Origin: Felis catus
Taxonomy: Eukaryota
Length of the DNA: 64,000 nt
Assembly (NCBI RefSeq): GCF_018350175.1
Contig: NC_058368.1
Location: 7,440,001-7,504,000, forward strand
Reading direction: 5' to 3'
The notes below the pieces were generated by a model. That model saw nothing but the letters and a program-made list of their open reading frames with translations, was not told where the DNA came from and did not search any database. Shown here one piece after another: positions 59,121 to 64,000 of the stretch. Numbering within the stretch: position 1 is the stretch's first letter; every line of letters starts with the position of its first letter. The translations under genes were made by a program, and so were the position numbers.

Positions 59121-59869
59121 GCCACAGCCTGTGACACTCACCTGGGGCGTCAAATTCTGGCTGTTCATAGTCCTTCAGCAAAACCGGGCCTCAGCTTCTG
59201 CTCTGGCCTCCCCAACACCCGCACTCCCTTCCCTTCATCCAACATTCCCTGGGGGACGGTTCTCACGTATCCAGGTCAGAGTTGTGAGGGTTGTTGTCAG
59301 AGTTCTGACAGTTACCGTCTCTTTGAGCCATCACCCCTTCTGGGAGGTCACTGACACAGAAAACAGGAGGGAAAGGACACTTCCCATCACAACAGAATGA
59401 GTTGGGAATGGTGGCATTTCAGGCTCCAGTGGGCTCTGTCTTTGGGTGGCCTGGATTTTCTCATGTCCCTTGAATTGCACTCCACAGGATCACCATTTCT
59501 TCCATCAGATGCTACTGAACCACATTCTCCCTAGGACACAATAATGTGTATGTGCCTTTAAGAAAAAAAAAGGTGCCATCGGGCACATATAGGAAAAAAG
59601 GCACAAGGAAAAGCGTGTGGTCAGTAGGGTGCCATTGCAGGAGCTAAAAGAAGGAACAGGTTTTTTTTAAAGTAAGCTCTACACCCAACGTGGGGCTTGA
59701 ACTCAAGACCCCAAGATCAAGAGTCACATGCTCTGCTGACCGAGCCAGCCAGGTGCCCCAGAAATGACAATTTAGAGGCTGATTTTTCCCCCACTTCAAT
59801 CATCCCTACATCAGCGAAAACAAGCCGAGGTGCCTTCTCCTCTTTTCTTTTCGCTCCAGCCAAGTCCTG

Positions 59870-59929
<60 letters not shown>

Positions 59930-61439
59930 AGGACTCTCCCCGGGAAGGACCCTGAACTTCCCTCAATCCGCACCCTCCTTTCATCCGCCCTGTCCCTTCA
60001 CCACACCTACCTCTGCCTCAAAGTGACCTTTCCTCAGCGCAGCCCCATTGGGGCCAGTGCTGGCGGGTGGTCACGTAGGCAGGAATGCAGACTGCCTGCC
60101 TCCAGCCCCCTGCACGCTCCCCCAGGGCACGAAGCTCCCCCAGCCCCCTGCACGCTCCCCCAGGGCAATCGCTGTGCCTTTATGGCACAGAGTAAAGGTC
60201 TTACCTAAAGTTTATGAATGAGTACCTGAATGACTTTTTCCGTCTCATCCTGGGCAAACAGAAACACTGCGAGTCTGCCTCCAGGATAGACCTCTGCACG
60301 GTAATCCCGACTGAGGTACATCATTACAAATGGCCACATCACTCTGCTTGGGCCGGACACAACCCAAAGGCTATTCATAAGACAGAGAATCCTACTCAGC
60401 TCCCTCTGCTGCGACTCCACTGCCGTTCCTCCCTCCCTGCCTCCTACAGAGATTCATGAAACATCACCTTGTGCCTGGCTCTGTGCAATACGGACACAGC
60501 GGCGAACAAGGCCATCGCTCCACTTGTCGACCCCGAAACCAAGGCTCCTGGAGGCCTCCTTCGCTGGGCTGGCCCTGGAATCCTTTCACTGCAGGAGAGG
60601 GAGGGAGTGGTTTCCGTTCCTGGCGCCTGGGATGAAGCTGTGTGTAGGGGGAATGTTCCAGGCTTAGGGATGACTCCACATGTGGCCTAAATGTTTTATC
60701 CGAGTACAACGTGCACAGAGAGACGTGCACAACTCACAAGCTCAAAGAAGGTCCGCGTCCGTGAAACCAGCAACCAGATCAAGAAACAGAACGCCACCAG
60801 CACCCACAGAAGCTACCGTTGCAGCCACAACCCCCTTCCCCCACCAAAGCTTAGCCACGTTAACCTCACAAATGAAAACTGCCAGTGCTGCTGCCTGCAA
60901 GGGATGGGTTTATTCAGGAATAAAAGAGGACTGCAGCACGGGACAAACGAGTCGCAGCGAAAACGGAGGCAAGTCTGGGGAACAAAGGAGGAGCACACTT
61001 TTTGAAGGAGGAAAGGTGTAAGTTGGGAAGGCTGTTATAAACCGAAAGTCCAGGGGCGCCTGGGTGGCTCAGTCGGTTAAGCGGCCGACTTCAGCTCAGG
61101 TCACGATCTCGCGGTCCGTGAGTTCGAGCCCCGCGTCGGGCTCTGTGCTGACAGCTCGGAGCCTGGAGCCTGCTTCCGATTCTGTGTCTCCCTCTCTCTG
61201 ACCCTCCCCCATTCATGCTCTGTCTCAAAAATAAACAAATGTTAAAAAAAATTTTTTAAAAATAATAAACTGAAAGTCCATTGGATTAACACCGGGAGTT
61301 GGAAGTGTGATGGCTTTTCATTGGCCGCGCCGTTGCCCCACGGGGCCGAGGAAAGCAACTCTTCCTCCGGCCGGAGTAGCCGGGCAGTATCCACGTGCAA
61401 GGTCAAGTCTACCTCTGCCCACCGGGTCTGCAACCGACT

Positions 61440-62560
61440 ACAAGCCACAGGGCATGACTTCTCACACCCACAAGCCGACCTCTGAACAACATAAAACGCC
61501 TTGGCCTGTTTTTGAGCTTCTTATAAATGGAATCACAGTTTGTACCCTTCGTCTCTGGCTGCTTTTGCTCTATACCATCTTCGGGAGGGTCATCCACAGC
61601 TTTGCACATAACTGTGGTTTGTCCGTCCATCCACCTCGCTGTTAAGTATTCCATCTGTCTGAGTATACCAGGGGTTACGTCTCCACTCTACTGTTGATGA
61701 AGGCTTGGGTGGTTTCCACTGTGGTACTATCACAAATAATGCAGCTATAACCCCCTTGTGCGCACCTCTCTCCCTCTCTCTCTCTCTCCCTCTCTCTCTC
61801 TTTTTTTTTTTTTTTTTTGGTTTACGATGGTTATGTTCAAGTAATCTCTATATCCAAGGTGGGGCTCAAATCTACAATACCGAGATCGAGAGTCACGTGC
61901 CCTACTGATGGAGCCAGCCAGGTGCCCCTTGGACACATCTTTTGATGAGCTACGCACAGGTGCCTGCTGCGTCGGGGCCCGAGATCGAGACTGCTGGGCC
62001 ACAGGCCGTGTGCTTGTTTAGCTTAAGCGGATACTGCCAGTGGGTTTTTCTTTTTTTTTTTTAATTTTTTTTTTCAACGCTTATTTTATTTTTGGGACAG
62101 AGAGAGACAGAGCATGAACGGGGGAGGGGCAGAGAGAGAGGGAGACACAGAATCGGAAACAGGCTCCAGGCTCTGAGCCATCAGCCCAGAGCCCGACGCG
62201 GGGCTCGAACTCACGGACCGCGAGATCGTGACCTGGCTGAAGTCGGACGCTTAACCGACTGCGCCACCCAGGCGCCCCTGCCAGTGGGTTTTTCAAAGCG
62301 GTTCTATGCATTTATATTTCCATCTCAACAAAATTCAGTCCAATGTGCATTCCTCATTGTGCCTTTCCGACAGGTATATGTTGGTATAGGGTTGCGGTTT
62401 GCATTTGTGTTTCTTGGAAGATTATTAATGTGGAACAGAACATCTTTCCACAAGCTTATTGGCTATCTGAATATCCTTTCTTGTTCAAAGGTTTTGTCCT
62501 AATTGCTGGATTCTGGGAGAACGTTGCTTTGTTTTTTATTTGCCTAATTTTTTGACAACA
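61440..62560 (-). mobile_element. Ancient L1ME-like 3' region interrupted by SINEs
   Basis: TTTGAGCTTCTTATAAATGGAATCA...GTATTCCATC...TTGGGTGGTTTCCAC is typical antisense L1M 3' sequence. Confidence 0.6.
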
Positions 62561-62644
62561 TGAGTGAAAATTAGTGTCCATTTTATATAAGTCTGGTTCA
62601 TACTCACGTTCATGGTCAATTTTCTGAGAAACTAATAACTATGA

Positions 62645-63410
62645 CAGACAGTATTTTTGAGTGTTACTCTGTATTATCTGATTGCACAGAGACCCAGAGA
62701 TAAGATATTCTTCTCATCCCTGGGGCACCTGGGTGGCTCAGTCGGTTGGACGCCCGACTTCGGCTCAGGTCATGATCTCGCGGTCTGTGAGTTTGAGCCT
62801 CATGTCGGGCTCTGTGCTGACAGTCAGCTCGGAGCCTGGAGCCTGCTTCGGATTCTGTGTCTCCCTCTCTCTGCCCCTCTCCCGCTTGTGCTCTGTCTCT
62901 CAAAAATAAATAAACATTAAAAAAATTTTTTAGGGGCGCCTGGGTGGCTCAGTCAGTTAAGAGTCCGACTTCAGCTCAGGCCATGATCTCACGGTTCGTG
63001 GGTTCAAGCCCCGCATCAGGCTCTGTGCTGACAGCTCAGAGCCTGGAGCCTGCTTCAGATTCTGTGTCTCCCTCTCTCTCTGCTCCTCCCCCACTCACAC
63101 TCTGTCTCTCTCTCTCAAGAATAAATAAACAATGGGGGATGGGAGGGAGGGGAGGGTGGGTGATGGGTATTGAGGAGGGCACCTTTTGGGATGAGCACTG
63201 GGTGTTGTATGGAAACCAATTTGACAATAAACTTCATATATTGAAAAAAAAGAATAAACATTAAAAAAACTTTTTTAAAAGATATTCTCATCCCTTTTTA
63301 TAGAAGACTAAACTGAGGCACAGAGAGGTTAAGTAACTTACACAAGGTCACACAGCTAAGTATAGGGATTTAAACCCAGACAGCCTCACTCCAGAGCTTG
63401 CGCTATTAAT
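62645..63410 (-). mobile_element. MIR split by nested SINE/SINE/L1 insertions
   Basis: MIR core AAACTGAGGCACAGAGAGGTTAAGTAACTT...AAGGTCACACAGCTA resumes at ~63290 after the inserts. Confidence 0.7.
63132..63252 (+). mobile_element. ~120-bp extreme 3' tip of a felid L1 inserted in a SINE tail
   Basis: GGGTGGGTGATGGGTATTGAGGAGGGCACC...GATGAGCACTGGGTGTTGTATGGAAACCAATTTGACAATAAA plus A tail; AATAAACA duplicated at 63124-63131 and 63253-63260. Confidence 0.8.
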
Positions 63411-63451
63411 CTCTGTCCTGGGGGGCTCCCAGGCCCTGCCACCCACAATGC

Positions 63452-63494
<43 letters not shown>

Positions 63495-64000
63495 AATTGC
63501 TCACCTCTGTCACCTGGCTGGGATGCTCTACAATTAACCTTGAAGCTTCAGCTTATCTGTTCTCCAGGCCTGACTCCTTCCTGGAATGGGGTTTTGAGGC
63601 GGCATGGGAACTGTGGTCTCCATGTGTCTAATTTCAGGTCCCGTAACTGCCATCCCTGCTCTAGATGGAACTCTGAGACTGCAGACTCCTTCCCGAGGCC
63701 CCTCCCACTCCGCCACCCGCTTCTAATTTATTCCCTGGTGCCACCCACGATCCCTGCTGTTCCCTCCGCTGAACCCCATTTAACCAAAATAAAAACTATT
63801 TGTCACTAACATGTTTCGTGATCTCCATCAAGAGCCAGCATCTACACAGGAGGAGAACTGAGTGAAAAATGCCAGAAAATATCCCAAGAGGAAATACAGG
63901 CCTCACTGTGCCCCTTTAGCCCCTACCTTTGGGCTAAAACTGCGGTGAAAAAATAATAATCATAAACATTGATGACAACAGACCATCTCCAATAAGTTCA

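Larger units (their letters stand above)
54175..63275. mobile_element. Distal Can-SINEs (approx. 54175-54410 -, 55061-55290 +, 58470-58696 +, 58800-59013 -, 59660-59759 - short, 61053-61270 +, 61800-61927 - short, 62050-62278 -, 62722-62930 +, 62933-63275 +)
   Basis: Consensus heads and tails; TSDs such as AAGAAAATGGCTCTTTCC (58470 copy) and CTGCCAGTGGGTTTTT (62050 copy). Confidence 0.85.

Noticed and set aside
1..64000. PDX1 or any second homeobox gene
   Set aside because: No second homeodomain or hexapeptide-containing frame appears in the ORF track; PDX1 presumably lies beyond the right edge.

Overview
Mammalian genomic DNA, almost certainly felid, judging by the dense young cat-type Can-SINEs. 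The only credible protein-coding gene is the two-exon ParaHox homeobox gene GSX1 (+ strand, CDS 5952-6363 joined to 6846-7225, 263 aa, N-terminal SNAG motif and homeodomain), set in CpG islands with motif-rich upstream blocks. The remaining ~56 kb is intergenic DNA that, by known ParaHox synteny, should run toward PDX1 (not in the window). It holds a SINE-free, motif-dense candidate enhancer domain (~32-36 kb), two convergent CTCF-like motifs, an 81-bp minisatellite and many layered transposable elements (Can-SINEs, young and old L1, L2, MIR, MLT1 LTRs, MER20, MER5, Charlie1). I see no convincing new gene or multi-gene system. The most unusual signals are two short insertions apparently templated from sequence 1.1 and 3.5 kb downstream, a SINE-SINE dimer inside a single target-site duplication, multi-layer nested insertions, and an open in-frame GSX1 leader with a (GGC)8 tract. 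Repeat family names are from recognition by eye, not from a database search.
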